Below the pieces are notes generated by a model, which worked only from the letters and a program-made list of their open reading frames with translations, ran no database searches and was not told the DNA's origin. A DNA stretch of 64,000 nucleotides from an uncultured Candidatus Saccharibacteria bacterium (GTDB lineage: Bacteria; Patescibacteriota; Minisyncoccia; Portnoybacterales; UBA2143), in contig CAZVUG010000005.1 in assembly GCA_964629675.1 (NCBI GenBank), positions 5,806 through 69,805 of the forward strand. The letters run 5' to 3'. The position numbers and the translations under genes were made by a program. Shown in pieces: positions 43,164 to 53,251 of this stretch. How positions within the stretch are numbered: the stretch's first letter is position 1; each line of letters begins with the position of its first letter.

Positions 43164-43583
43164 ATGAAACCTATAAAAACAATTATTAAACTACAAATTG
43201 CTGCTGGTCAGGCTAATCCAGCTCCGCCAGTTGGCCCAGCTTTAGGGCAGCACGGATTAAATATTCAAGAATTTTGCTCTAAGTTCAATGAAGCAACAAA
43301 AGATAAAGGAGGCGAGATTGTTCCCGTGGAAATTACGGTTTATGAAGATCAGACTTTTACTTTTAAAATGAAAACTCCGCCAGCGGCTGAATTGCTGAAA
43401 AAAGCTGCTGGAGTAGAAAAAGGTTCGGGCGAGCCACATAAAAACAAAGTAGGCAAAGTTAGTAAAGAACAAATTCGCCAAATTGCCGAAAAGAAGATGG
43501 TTGATTTAAATGCTTATTCTGTAGAACAGGCAGAAAAGATTGTTGAAGGAACAGCTCGTTCAATGGGAATTGAAGTCAAGTAA
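43164..43583 (+). CDS. rplK: 50S ribosomal protein L11
   Basis: [35 protein letters not shown]. Confidence 0.95.
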   Translation: MKPIKTIIKLQIAAGQANPAPPVGPALGQHGLNIQEFCSKFNEATKDKGGEIVPVEITVYEDQTFTFKMKTPPAAELLKKAAGVEKGSGEPHKNKVGKVSKEQIRQIAEKKMVDLNAYSVEQAEKIVEGTARSMGIEVK

Positions 43584-43667
43584 TTTTTAAATATTGCAAA
43601 AAAGTATGGAGGGCAGATATTTTATCTGCTCTTTAAATGTTCATTAAAAATATATAAGGAGGTTATT

Positions 43668-44144
43668 GTGAAAAGATTAAACTGGGATGAATATTTTATG
43701 CAGATAGTTGACGTGGTAGCGCAGCGAAGCACTTGTAACCGAGGAAGAAGCGGAGCGATTACAGTGATTGATAGAAAAATAATGACTACTGGTTATGTCG
43801 GCTCTCCACCAGGGCAGCCTCACTGCGATGATGCTGGCCATTTAATGAGGCGCTTTATAAGCGAAAATGGTAATGAATCAATGCACTGCATTAGAACAAT
43901 TCATGCAGAAGAAAATACTATCTTGCAAGCGGCTGAATTTGGCATAGCTCTCAAAGGAGCGACTCTTTATTGTACAATGGTCCCTTGTTTTAATTGCGCT
44001 AAATCAATTACGAGAGTTGGTATTGTTAGGGTAATGGCCAAGAGAAGGTATCATGATGATAAATTAACTTTAGAGTTATTTAGAGATGCAAAAATTCAGT
44101 TAGATGTTTTGGAAGACGTTGTTGAAGAATATGACAATCAATAA
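43668..44144 (+). CDS. comEB: dCMP deaminase (ComEB-type cytidine/deoxycytidylate deaminase)
   Basis: 158 aa; zinc motifs HAEENTI and PCFNCAK. Confidence 0.85.
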   Translation: MKRLNWDEYFMQIVDVVAQRSTCNRGRSGAITVIDRKIMTTGYVGSPPGQPHCDDAGHLMRRFISENGNESMHCIRTIHAEENTILQAAEFGIALKGATLYCTMVPCFNCAKSITRVGIVRVMAKRRYHDDKLTLELFRDAKIQLDVLEDVVEEYDNQ

Positions 44145-44156
44145 AAGGAGGTCGAA

Positions 44157-45230
44157 ATGGCAAAGATGTTATTTAAAGAAGGAAAAGTTAGAATATTGTC
44201 AGATGATTTAAGTAAATTAAATAAAAATCAGGCAAATCAATTAATCAAAACTGCTGGGACAACTTGCTATCAGACAAGAGAAACCAGCAAAAAAAGCCCG
44301 GAAGATTTTATTAAAATGATTCAGGTAAGCGGTCATTATGCAATGTTAGAGCATAGCTGGTGGACAATAGAAATGCAGTTTCTGAGTTTTTCTCTAATGT
44401 TGATAAATGAAAGAAAGAAAATAGCTGGTTATAATCTATATCAAGCTAATAATCTATTTTGCATTAGCGAAAGAGAAGAATCTTTGCTAATTTCTGGTAA
44501 TGCCCGCATGCTAAATGAAGCTTTTGCAAAAGAACCAAATGATATTTTCGTGGCTAGCTTATTCAGTTTAATGTCTAAAATAAATCCTGTCTTATTTCCA
44601 GAAAAAATAGATTTCTATATTGATAAGACGTTTACCTTAATCTTTAATCCAAAATTATTATCTACAAAAGAAACCTTAATTCATCGAGCAATGACAGTAG
44701 AGTTTAGTGATAATTCCCGGGGAATGACCCACGAGACAGTCCGCAGCCGGAACGGTGATAAAAAAATAACTTCTTATGCTCAAGAAAGCACTCGCTATGT
44801 AGATTATGCCAAAGGAGAGGTAGATTTAGAAAAATTCCAAATTAGATTTATCTTGCCTTATAATGATCAATTCAATTTTGAAAATAATTTTGTTTTTTCA
44901 GCAAACGGGAAAATATATTCTTTTACGCCGCAGGAATTTACTAATTTGCTGGAAGCCTGGTATAGGACATTGAGAAAAAATGGCCTGAAGCCAGAAGAAG
45001 CTCGGCAATGGTTGCCAATCGGCATTAAAAGCCAAATTGTCCAGACGTATAATCTTAATGAATGGCGGCATTGGTTCTTTATTCGGACTAGCTCGAGAGC
45101 TCATCCAGAAATTAGGTTTTTGGCTGTTAAGCTATTACAGGAGATGCAAAAACGTATTCCGGAATGTTTTAACGATTTTGAAATTAAAGAAGGATACGCT
45201 GTTTATCAAGACGTTGATATCCTAGTTTAA
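44157..45230 (+). CDS. thyX: Flavin-dependent thymidylate synthase ThyX-like protein (long form with a large internal insert; non-canonical RHR motif)
   Basis: 357 aa. ThyX-like blocks: AGTTCYQT....SGHYAMLEH, VRSRNGDKKITSYAQESTRY, NEWRHWFFIRTSSRAHPEIRFLAVKL. Strong SD AAGGAGGT. Confidence 0.65.
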   Translation: MAKMLFKEGKVRILSDDLSKLNKNQANQLIKTAGTTCYQTRETSKKSPEDFIKMIQVSGHYAMLEHSWWTIEMQFLSFSLMLINERKKIAGYNLYQANNLFCISEREESLLISGNARMLNEAFAKEPNDIFVASLFSLMSKINPVLFPEKIDFYIDKTFTLIFNPKLLSTKETLIHRAMTVEFSDNSRGMTHETVRSRNGDKKITSYAQESTRYVDYAKGEVDLEKFQIRFILPYNDQFNFENNFVFSANGKIYSFTPQEFTNLLEAWYRTLRKNGLKPEEARQWLPIGIKSQIVQTYNLNEWRHWFFIRTSSRAHPEIRFLAVKLLQEMQKRIPECFNDFEIKEGYAVYQDVDILV

Positions 45231-45310
45231 AATAACTCTATTGGGATTAATTCCCAATAGAGTTTTATTATCTTCATAATAAAGATATAATTAATAAAGG
45301 AGGTAAACAA

Positions 45311-45922
45311 ATGATTAAAAATCATTATTTAGGGAAATTTATTGTTTTTGAAGGACTGGATGGTTCAGGGCAAAGTACGCAGGCAAATAATCTCCGCGTT
45401 TTTTTTAGAAATAGAGGATATCCAGTAATTTTAACTAAAGAGCCGACGGAAAATAGCTTGGCCGGAAAAAAGGTAAGAAGGATTTTAAAAAAAGAAATAA
45501 AAGCTGAGCCGATTGAGCTGCAAAAATTATTTATTGAAGATAGAAAAGATCATTTGCAGAATTTAATCATACCGGCCTTAAAAGAAGGAAAATATGTTAT
45601 TGCTGACCGTTATTTCTTATCAACTTGCGCTTTTGGCGGAATAAATGTTGATATGGAAAAATTAATTAAGCTGAACAAGGGAATTATTTTGCCGGATATT
45701 ACTTTTTTCCTGAATGTTTCTCCAAAGATTTGCATAGAAAGAATTAAGAAAAGGGGCGAAAAATTTGAATTTTTTGAAAAAGAAGAAAAACTTAAGCAAG
45801 TTAGAGAAAAATATTTATCTTTAAGGCAAAGATTTGAAAATATCTATTTAATTGATGGAGAGTTATCAAGAAGGGAAGTTTTTAAGCAAATTTTAGAAAT
45901 TATTAAGAAAGAAAAAATATAA
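45311..45922 (+). CDS. tmk: Thymidylate kinase
   Basis: FIVFEGLDGSGQSTQ P-loop; DRY-like ADRYFLST. Strong SD AAGGAGGT. Confidence 0.85.
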   Translation: MIKNHYLGKFIVFEGLDGSGQSTQANNLRVFFRNRGYPVILTKEPTENSLAGKKVRRILKKEIKAEPIELQKLFIEDRKDHLQNLIIPALKEGKYVIADRYFLSTCAFGGINVDMEKLIKLNKGIILPDITFFLNVSPKICIERIKKRGEKFEFFEKEEKLKQVREKYLSLRQRFENIYLIDGELSRREVFKQILEIIKKEKI

Positions 45923-45924
45923 AA

Positions 45925-45962
45925 AGTCCTGCTGGATCTTCCCGGCAGGCCTTTATTTTTTC
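45925..45962 (+). terminator. Rho-independent terminator (CCTGC-...-GCAGG + TTTATTTTTT)
   Basis: gtcctgctggatcttcccggcaggcctttatttttt, read directly. Confidence 0.6.
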
Positions 45963-45995
45963 CCGCTAATGAGTTAGCATTAATAATATAAATCT

Positions 45996-47222
45996 ATGCT
46001 CAAGAAAACAGATGCTAGGATTTTTAATTTAATCAAACAGGAATTTGCCCGCCATCAGGAAGGGCTTAATTTGATTGCTTCAGATAATTATTCTAGCCAA
46101 GCGGTTAGGGAAGCGGTCGGCAGCATCTTGAGTGCCCGCTATGCTGAAGGATATCCAGAAAAAAGATATTATTCTGGACAACGTTATATTAATCAAATTG
46201 AAAAGATAGCTATTGAAAGAGCTAAGAAATTATTTAAAGCGAATTACGCTAATGTCCAGCCTCATTCTGGATCTAATGCTAATCAGGCAGCTTATTTTGC
46301 CCTACTTCAGCCAGGAGATAAAGTTTTGGCCATGAGGATTGATCAAGGAGGCCATTTATCACATGGCTCATCGGTTAACCTGTCAGGCAGGTTATATAAT
46401 TTTGTTTTTTACGGAATAGATGAAAATGGTTTGATTGATTTTGCTGAATTAAGGAAAATAGCCCTTCGGGAAAAGCCGAAGTTAATTATTGCCGGCGCTT
46501 CCAGCTATCCTCGGCGAATTGATTTCTCTAAATTCTCGCCAATTGCCAAAGAAATTAATGCTTATCTAATGGCAGATATTGCCCATACAGCCGGCTTGGT
46601 AGCTGCCGGCCTTCATCCGCATCCTTTCCCTTATTGCGATCTAGTGACAATGACTACGCATAAAACATTAAGAGGAGCTAGAGGCGGATTAATTCTTACT
46701 AATAATAAAGAAATAGCAGATAAAATAGACAAGGCGGTTTTTCCTGGCCTCCAGGGAGGCCCTCTTCAAAATGAAATTGCCGGTAAGGCTGTTGCTCTAA
46801 AGCAAGCTAGCCAAAAAAGTTTTATTAATTACCAAAAGCAAGTTTTACAGAATGCCAAAGTTTTATCTAAAATACTTTTGCAAGAAGGCCTTGATTTGGT
46901 CAGTGATGGCACAGATAACCATCTGCTTCTTATAAATTTAAATAATTATCAATTCTCCGGCAAAAAAGTTCAAGAAGCTTTAGAGTCGGTTAATATATAT
47001 GTTAACCGCAATATAGTCCCCAATGATAAGCGCTCTCAGTGGGAAACTTCTGGGATTAGGATCGGCACGCCGGCAGTTACAGCTAAAGGATTAAAGGAAA
47101 AAGAAATGAAGCAAATAGGCTATTTCATTGTGCAGATTATTAATAATATTGATAATAGAAAAATTAAAGCAAGAATCAAAAAAGAAGTTATTAATTTAGC
47201 CAAAAAATTTCCTTTACAATGA
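45996..47222 (+). CDS. glyA: Serine hydroxymethyltransferase
   Basis: 408 aa; PLP-lysine block VTMTTHKTLRGARGG. Confidence 0.9.
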   Translation: MLKKTDARIFNLIKQEFARHQEGLNLIASDNYSSQAVREAVGSILSARYAEGYPEKRYYSGQRYINQIEKIAIERAKKLFKANYANVQPHSGSNANQAAYFALLQPGDKVLAMRIDQGGHLSHGSSVNLSGRLYNFVFYGIDENGLIDFAELRKIALREKPKLIIAGASSYPRRIDFSKFSPIAKEINAYLMADIAHTAGLVAAGLHPHPFPYCDLVTMTTHKTLRGARGGLILTNNKEIADKIDKAVFPGLQGGPLQNEIAGKAVALKQASQKSFINYQKQVLQNAKVLSKILLQEGLDLVSDGTDNHLLLINLNNYQFSGKKVQEALESVNIYVNRNIVPNDKRSQWETSGIRIGTPAVTAKGLKEKEMKQIGYFIVQIINNIDNRKIKARIKKEVINLAKKFPLQ

Positions 47223-48028
47223 GAATTATTAATGGTCAAAAAAGAGCAATTGAGATTTTAGATAATCTTAGAAAAGAAATAAAAGAAAAAAAGATTAAGC
47301 CTAGCTTAGCAATTATCCTGGCGAATAATGATCCAGCTTCCCGCCTGTACGTTAGAATCAAAGAAAAGACAGCAAAAAAAATTGGTGTTGATTTTAAAAA
47401 ATATCTTTTTTCTGATAAAATTTCCGAAGAAGAGATTTTAGAAAAAATTGATATTCTTAATCAAGATAATAAAATAAACGGCATTTTAGTCCAGATGCCT
47501 TTATCTAAAGAAATGTCTGCCGATAGAATTATCCAGAGAATCTTACCAGCAAAAGATGTTGACGGTTTTTTGCCGCAAAGTAAATTTAATTCTCCCTTTA
47601 TTCTGGCTATCTGGGAAGCCCTCAAGTTAACTCGGGAAAAACTGAAAGACAAGAAAATTCTAGCTTTAGTTAATTCAGATATTTTTGGAAAAAATCTTTG
47701 TTTTTTTCTTAAGAAAAAAGATTTAAAGATAAATTATCTTAAGCCAGCTGATTTTACAAAAGAAGTTTCTCAGTTTAAAAAAACTGACGTTCTGATAACT
47801 GCTTTAGGAAAACCGAATTTTATTAATTCAGCAATGATTAAAAAGGGATCTATTTTAATAGATGGAGGAATAAGCAAAAAAGGAAATAATATTTTAGGAG
47901 ATATAGACAGAAATAGCGTTCAAAAAAAAGCAGCCTGGCTTTCTCCTTCTCCTGGCGGAGTCGGGCCGCTAACGGTTGCTTTTCTGTTTAAAAATTTAAT
48001 TTTAGCCAAAAATAATAAAAGCTTATGA
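47219..48028 (+). CDS. folD: Bifunctional methylene-THF dehydrogenase / methenyl-THF cyclohydrolase
   Basis: 269 aa; FolD fold with a C-terminal PGGVGP.TVA.L. Confidence 0.8.
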   Translation: MRIINGQKRAIEILDNLRKEIKEKKIKPSLAIILANNDPASRLYVRIKEKTAKKIGVDFKKYLFSDKISEEEILEKIDILNQDNKINGILVQMPLSKEMSADRIIQRILPAKDVDGFLPQSKFNSPFILAIWEALKLTREKLKDKKILALVNSDIFGKNLCFFLKKKDLKINYLKPADFTKEVSQFKKTDVLITALGKPNFINSAMIKKGSILIDGGISKKGNNILGDIDRNSVQKKAAWLSPSPGGVGPLTVAFLFKNLILAKNNKSL

Positions 48029-49488
48029 AATATCAGCCAGTTATTGGATTAGAAATACATGCCGAATTAAAAACACAGTCAAAAATGTTTTGCGACTGTT
48101 TAAATGACCCTGATGAAACTCGGCCTAATATAAATATTTGCCCAGTTTGCCTGGCTCAACCAGGCACCTTGCCGGTCATTAATCAAAAGGCGGTAGAGTT
48201 TGTTATTAAAACAGCGCTTGCTTTAAATTGCCAAATTAACCAATCTTCAAAATTTGACAGAAAAAACTATTTTTATCCAGATTTGCCTAAAAATTACCAA
48301 ATTTCCCAGCTTTATTATCCGCTTTCACTTAACGGCTTTTTGGAAATTGCCGGAAAGAAAATTAAAGTTAAAGAAATTCATTTAGAAGAAGATACTGGCC
48401 GGTTAATTCATCCAACAGGAGCTAATTATTCACTAGTAGACTTTAATCGAGCTGGCATACCTTTAATGGAATTAGTCACTGAGCCGGATATTACTTCAGG
48501 AAAAGAAGCGAGAGCTTTTGGCGAAGAGTTGCAGATTATTCTCCGCTATTTGGGAGTTTCTGAAGCAAATATGGAAAAAGGGCAGATGCGTTGCGAAGTT
48601 AATATATCTTTAAAATTAAAGAATGCTCGGGAAAATGGGACAAAAGTAGAAATTAAAAATTTGAATTCTTTTCGTACTGTCGAAAGAGCCGTTGATTATG
48701 AAATTAAAAGACAGGCAAATTTGCTGGATGCTAAAGAAGAAGTCATTCAAGAAACTAGAGGATGGGATGAAGCAAAGCAAAAGACTTTTTCTCAAAGAAT
48801 AAAAGAAGAAGCTAAAGACTATCGGTATTTTCCGGAGCCGGATTTGCCTCCATTAAGCCATTTAGATATTGTTAGCTCTCGACTAAAGAATGAATTACCA
48901 GAATTGCCGAATGCCAAAAGGAAAAGATTTGCCGAAGAATACGAACTTTCGCCGGAAGTTGTTAATATTATTATTGCTAATAAAAAATTAGCTGATTATT
49001 TTGAAAGTGCTGTTTCTGAATTGGATACTTGGCTGAAAATAAAGTCTATCCGCGATAAAAAGCCGCTAGTTAAGTTAACTGCTAATTATCTGCTTACTCA
49101 GCTCCAAAAATTATTGCTTTTGCACAAGACTAAAGTTGAAGACTGCAAAATTAGCGCTGAGAATTTTGCCGAATTCATAACTTTAATTTCCCAAAAAGAA
49201 ATTTCCAGTTCGGCTGCCCAGACTGTTTTAGCAGAAATGTTCAAAACTGGTATAGACCCTTCTCATGTTATTGAAGAAAGAGATTTAAAACAAGTTAGTG
49301 ACCAATCTTCTTTAGAAAAAATGGTCAAAAAAGTCATCCAAGAAAATCCTAAACCAGCCAAAGATTATCAGGAAGGCAAAGAGAATGCTTTGCAATTTTT
49401 AATTGGCAGAGTAATGGCTTTAAGTAAAGGGCAGGCTAATCCAGAAATAGTCAGCAAAATATTCAAAGATAATTTGTTAAAAAAATAA
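48025..49488 (+). CDS. gatB: Asp/Glu-tRNA amidotransferase subunit B, encoded 12 kb away from gatCA
   Basis: 487 aa; MKYQPVIGLEIHAEL, GatB/YqeY C-terminal domain. Confidence 0.9.
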   Translation: MKYQPVIGLEIHAELKTQSKMFCDCLNDPDETRPNINICPVCLAQPGTLPVINQKAVEFVIKTALALNCQINQSSKFDRKNYFYPDLPKNYQISQLYYPLSLNGFLEIAGKKIKVKEIHLEEDTGRLIHPTGANYSLVDFNRAGIPLMELVTEPDITSGKEARAFGEELQIILRYLGVSEANMEKGQMRCEVNISLKLKNARENGTKVEIKNLNSFRTVERAVDYEIKRQANLLDAKEEVIQETRGWDEAKQKTFSQRIKEEAKDYRYFPEPDLPPLSHLDIVSSRLKNELPELPNAKRKRFAEEYELSPEVVNIIIANKKLADYFESAVSELDTWLKIKSIRDKKPLVKLTANYLLTQLQKLLLLHKTKVEDCKISAENFAEFITLISQKEISSSAAQTVLAEMFKTGIDPSHVIEERDLKQVSDQSSLEKMVKKVIQENPKPAKDYQEGKENALQFLIGRVMALSKGQANPEIVSKIFKDNLLKK

Positions 49489-49505
49489 GGGTAGTTTAAT
49501 TTAAA

Positions 49506-49530
49506 AATCGCTTGTCTTAAGCGATTTTTT
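49506..49530. terminator. Bidirectional terminator (AATCGCTT-gtctt-AAGCGATT + T-run / A-run)
   Basis: An 8-bp perfect stem between convergent gatB and miaA. Confidence 0.7.
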
Positions 49531-50473
49531 TATTTAAAAAATTGTGAATAATCTCTTCAGCTTTTTCTTTAATTTCTCTAAGCGTTTTTTGTTCTGATAA
49601 GTCAAGCCAATGGATCCGTCGATCTCTTTTGAACCAAATCATCTGGCGTCTAGAATATTGAAGCGTGTGAATATTAATTAGTTGCTGAGCTTCTGTTAAA
49701 TTAATTTTTCCTTCTAAATACTGAATAATCTCTTTATAGCCAATGCCGCTCAAAGCTGGCAAGTCTAAGCTGTATTCTTGGGCTATTTTTTTTACTTCTT
49801 CGACTAGGCCGCTTTTTATCATTTTTTCTGTTCTTTGCTGAATTCTATTTTTTAATTTTTCTCGGTCTAATTTTAATCCTATCTGCAAGACATTAAAAAG
49901 AGATTTCCCTCTTTTTCTCTGTTCAGAAAATAGCTTGGCAGTAGTTAAGTAAACTTCTAAAGCCCGGATGAGCCGCCTCTTATTCTGAGGAGCAATTAAT
50001 TCAGCGCTTTTTGGGTCTATTTTTTTGAGCTGGTTAAATAATTCAACTGTTTCTAATTTTTCTAATTTTTTTCTAATCTCCTGGTTGGGCTTAGCTTGGG
50101 GAATTTGCAAATTGTCTACGATTGCCTGAATGTATAAGCCAGTTCCGCCGACTAAAAAGGGAATCTTGTTTCTTTTTTGGATATCTTTAATTTTTTCAAT
50201 AGCTAGTTCTTTGTATTGAGCTAAAGTAAATTCTTGGTCTGGATTAATTAAATCAATTAAATAATGAGGAATGCCTTTAATTTGATAGCTATCTTTTCCT
50301 TTAATTTTTTCCCTCCCTTCTATTTTGGCAGTACCTATATCCATCTTTTTGTAAATTTGCCTGGAATCAGCTGAAATTATTTCTCCGTTAAAAAGCTGGG
50401 CTAATTTAATTGCTAAATTAGATTTGCCTGAGCCAGTCGGTCCAAGGATAACAATAAGAATATTTTTGCTCAT
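49517..50473 (-). CDS. miaA: tRNA dimethylallyltransferase
   Basis: 318 aa; P-loop ILGPTGSGKS and an IPP-transferase fold. Confidence 0.85.
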   Translation of the reverse strand: MSKNILIVILGPTGSGKSNLAIKLAQLFNGEIISADSRQIYKKMDIGTAKIEGREKIKGKDSYQIKGIPHYLIDLINPDQEFTLAQYKELAIEKIKDIQKRNKIPFLVGGTGLYIQAIVDNLQIPQAKPNQEIRKKLEKLETVELFNQLKKIDPKSAELIAPQNKRRLIRALEVYLTTAKLFSEQRKRGKSLFNVLQIGLKLDREKLKNRIQQRTEKMIKSGLVEEVKKIAQEYSLDLPALSGIGYKEIIQYLEGKINLTEAQQLINIHTLQYSRRQMIWFKRDRRIHWLDLSEQKTLREIKEKAEEIIHNFLNKKIA

Positions 50474-51468
50474 TTTATAATCAGCGACATTATTATCTTT
50501 TTCCGTCTTTTTTTCTCATCACTGTGAACATCATCTTTTATTTTAAAAGCAGCTGTTCCGAAGCGGGGAGAGTAAGCAGCTACATATATCTGACTAAAGC
50601 CGATTTCCTTAGCTAATTTAACTGTTTCTTGGAAATTTTTTTTGCTTTCTCCAGGAAAACCGACAATAATATCAGTAGAAATTTTTATTTGCGGAATTTG
50701 CTGGCGAATTTTCTTAATTAAATTTCGGTAATTGCTAACTGTGTAACCGCGGTTCATTCTTTTAAGTATTTGGTTGCTTCCTGATTGGACGGGCAAATGT
50801 ATCTCTTTGGCTATTCTATCGCTTTGGGCGATTAATTTTATTAATTCGTCAGACATATCTTTAGGATGAGAAGTCAGGAATTTAATTTTAAAATTACCTG
50901 GAAGATCAATTATCCTTTTTAGCAATTTAGGAAAATCCATTTTGGCGCCTGCCTGATAGCTATTAACATTTTGTCCAAGCAGGGTTATTTCTTGGTAATT
51001 ATTTTTAGCTAAATCTTTTATTTCAGCAATAATTTCTTTAGCCGACCGGGAATATTCTCGGCCGCGGGTATAAGGAACAACGCAATAAGAGCAAAAATTA
51101 TTGCAGCCAGTCATGATTGGAACAAAAGCCTCTGTCTGCGAACTTCTTTTTGCCTTAATATTTAAAGTTGGCTGCTGCCAAATATCGTTTACTTGTGGAA
51201 AAAGCTGTTTTTTGTCTTTTGCTAAAAGGCAACCGGTTAAAATAATTTTCAGCTTTGGGTTTTTCTTTTTTAATTTAGAAATAGTCTTAACCTGGCTGTA
51301 AACTCGGTTAACGGCTGATTGCCTAATTGAGCAGGCATTAATAATAACTAAATCAGCTTGGTCCATGTTAGGAACAGGCCGATAACCTTCTTCTTCTAAT
51401 TGATAGGCAATCCTTTCACTGTCTGACTTATTCATCTGACATCCATAGGTGATAATGTAGTAATTCAT
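50470..51468 (-). CDS. miaB: MiaB-like radical-SAM methylthiotransferase lacking the C-terminal TRAM domain
   Basis: 332 aa; UPF0004 N-domain (YGCQMN...C) and radical SAM CNNFCSYCVVP; it stops right after the radical-SAM core. Overlaps the miaA start. Confidence 0.75.
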   Translation of the reverse strand: MNYYIITYGCQMNKSDSERIAYQLEEEGYRPVPNMDQADLVIINACSIRQSAVNRVYSQVKTISKLKKKNPKLKIILTGCLLAKDKKQLFPQVNDIWQQPTLNIKAKRSSQTEAFVPIMTGCNNFCSYCVVPYTRGREYSRSAKEIIAEIKDLAKNNYQEITLLGQNVNSYQAGAKMDFPKLLKRIIDLPGNFKIKFLTSHPKDMSDELIKLIAQSDRIAKEIHLPVQSGSNQILKRMNRGYTVSNYRNLIKKIRQQIPQIKISTDIIVGFPGESKKNFQETVKLAKEIGFSQIYVAAYSPRFGTAAFKIKDDVHSDEKKRRKKIIMSLIIK

Positions 51469-51509
51469 ATTTTGTATTTTATCTTAAAATATTATATAAT
51501 ACAATCAAC

Positions 51510-52262
51510 ATGAAAAATATTTATTTATCAATTATTATTCCAGCTTATAATGAAGAAAAGAGAATTAGCAAAACTCTTTTAGAAATAGACAAATATTTAG
51601 ACCGACAAGACTATCAGTATGAAATTCTTGTTGTTAGCGACGGGTCTAAAGATAAAACTGCTGCAATAGTCAAAAAATTTGCAAATTTAATCAACGGCTT
51701 AAAATTAATAGATAATCAACAAAACCACGGTAAGGGTTGGGTAGTTAGGCAAGGAATGCTAGAAGCAGAAGGCGACTATCGCATTTTTATGGATGCTGAT
51801 AATTCGACCACCGTTGATCATTTTGAAAAAATGATTCCCTTGATTAAAGAAGGGAAAGAGGTAGTTATTGGCTCAAGAGACCACAAGGATGCTGCTGGCG
51901 CTAAACAAGCTGTTCCGCAATCTTTTATCAAAAGGCAATTTGGCAACCTAGGAAATCTTTTAATCCAATTATTAGCTGTTAGAGGAATTTGGGATACTCA
52001 GTGCGGCTTCAAGCTATTCAGCCGCAAAGCAGCCGAAGATATTTTTAGCCGGGCGAAGATTGATGGTTTTGGCTTTGATATTGAGTGCTTGGCCTTAGCG
52101 CGGAAACTTGGCTATCCGATCGGCATTATTCCTGTTTATTGGATTAATAGCGCTGACAGCAAAGTAAGCTGGAAAAGCTATCTCAAAGTATTTAAAGATT
52201 TATTTACTATTAAATTAAATTTAATTAAAAATAGATACGAAATAGAAAAAGATGAAAAATAA
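51510..52262 (+). CDS. GT2 glycosyltransferase (polyprenol-phosphate mannose/glucose synthase-like)
   Basis: 250 aa; LSIIIPAYNEE, DGSKD, DAD motifs. Confidence 0.8.
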   Translation: MKNIYLSIIIPAYNEEKRISKTLLEIDKYLDRQDYQYEILVVSDGSKDKTAAIVKKFANLINGLKLIDNQQNHGKGWVVRQGMLEAEGDYRIFMDADNSTTVDHFEKMIPLIKEGKEVVIGSRDHKDAAGAKQAVPQSFIKRQFGNLGNLLIQLLAVRGIWDTQCGFKLFSRKAAEDIFSRAKIDGFGFDIECLALARKLGYPIGIIPVYWINSADSKVSWKSYLKVFKDLFTIKLNLIKNRYEIEKDEK

Positions 52263-53247
52263 ATTTCCTTCAGAAATGCGAATGGACTTAGTCTCTAATG
52301 ACTGGGTTATCATTGCTACCGGACGGAGTCGCCGGCCAGAAAGCTTTGTCTCAGACAAGAAGAAAAGTAAGGTAGCTCCTCAATCAAAATGCCCTTTTTG
52401 CCGCGAGGAAAATATTAAAGAAAAAATTAGCCGGAGAAACAATGAAGATGGATCTTGGTTTGTTATTTCTATCCCGAATAAATTTCCAGCACTTTGCAAA
52501 GGGGAGGGCCGATTAAAAGAAAGCAAGAAAGGGCCTAATCGAACGATGAATGGTTTTGGCTACCACGAAGTTATTATTACGGCTCCTCATGATAGACAGA
52601 TGGCTTTATTCTCCCAGAGAGAAATGGAAATGGTTGTTGATATGTACCAAGAAAGGTATTTAGATTTAATTAAGAGAAAGAACATTAGATATGTTTCTAT
52701 CTTTCATAATCATGGCCGAGAAGCCGGGGCGTCAGTCTATCATCCTCATTCGCAAGTTTTAGCTATCCCAGTGCTTGATCCTGATTTAAAAAATAGCTTA
52801 GATGGAGCAGAGAGATTTTACCGCAGCCAAGGCAATTGCGTTTATTGCACAATGCTGGAATGGGAAATGAAAGATAAAGAAAGAATTATTTATGAAAATG
52901 AAGAATTTGTCGTTCTTTGCCCTTTTGCTTCGCAAATTTCTTTTGAAGTCAGGATATACCCAAAAAAACATCAGCCTTTTTTCGAAAAAATAACAGAACA
53001 GGAAAAGATTTTCTTTGCTGATGCTCTTAAGGTAGCTTTGACAAAAATACATAAGGGATTAAATAATCCTTCATATAATTTTTATTTTCATACAGCTCCT
53101 AAAGACGGCGATAGCTACACCCATTATCATTGGCATTTGAATATTTTGCCAAAAACTTCTATTTGGGCCGGGTTTGAGCTAGGGGCTGGCATTGAGATCT
53201 CTACTATTGAACCGGAAAAAGCAGCTGAATTTCTAAGAAAACAATAA
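52252..53247 (+). CDS. Galactose-1-phosphate uridylyltransferase family (GalT/HIT-like) nucleotidyltransferase
   Basis: 331 aa; Zn site KCPFCRE; active-site HNHGREAGASVYHPHSQV (HxHxQ). Confidence 0.75.
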   Translation: MKNKFPSEMRMDLVSNDWVIIATGRSRRPESFVSDKKKSKVAPQSKCPFCREENIKEKISRRNNEDGSWFVISIPNKFPALCKGEGRLKESKKGPNRTMNGFGYHEVIITAPHDRQMALFSQREMEMVVDMYQERYLDLIKRKNIRYVSIFHNHGREAGASVYHPHSQVLAIPVLDPDLKNSLDGAERFYRSQGNCVYCTMLEWEMKDKERIIYENEEFVVLCPFASQISFEVRIYPKKHQPFFEKITEQEKIFFADALKVALTKIHKGLNNPSYNFYFHTAPKDGDSYTHYHWHLNILPKTSIWAGFELGAGIEISTIEPEKAAEFLRKQ

Positions 53248-53251
53248 GATT

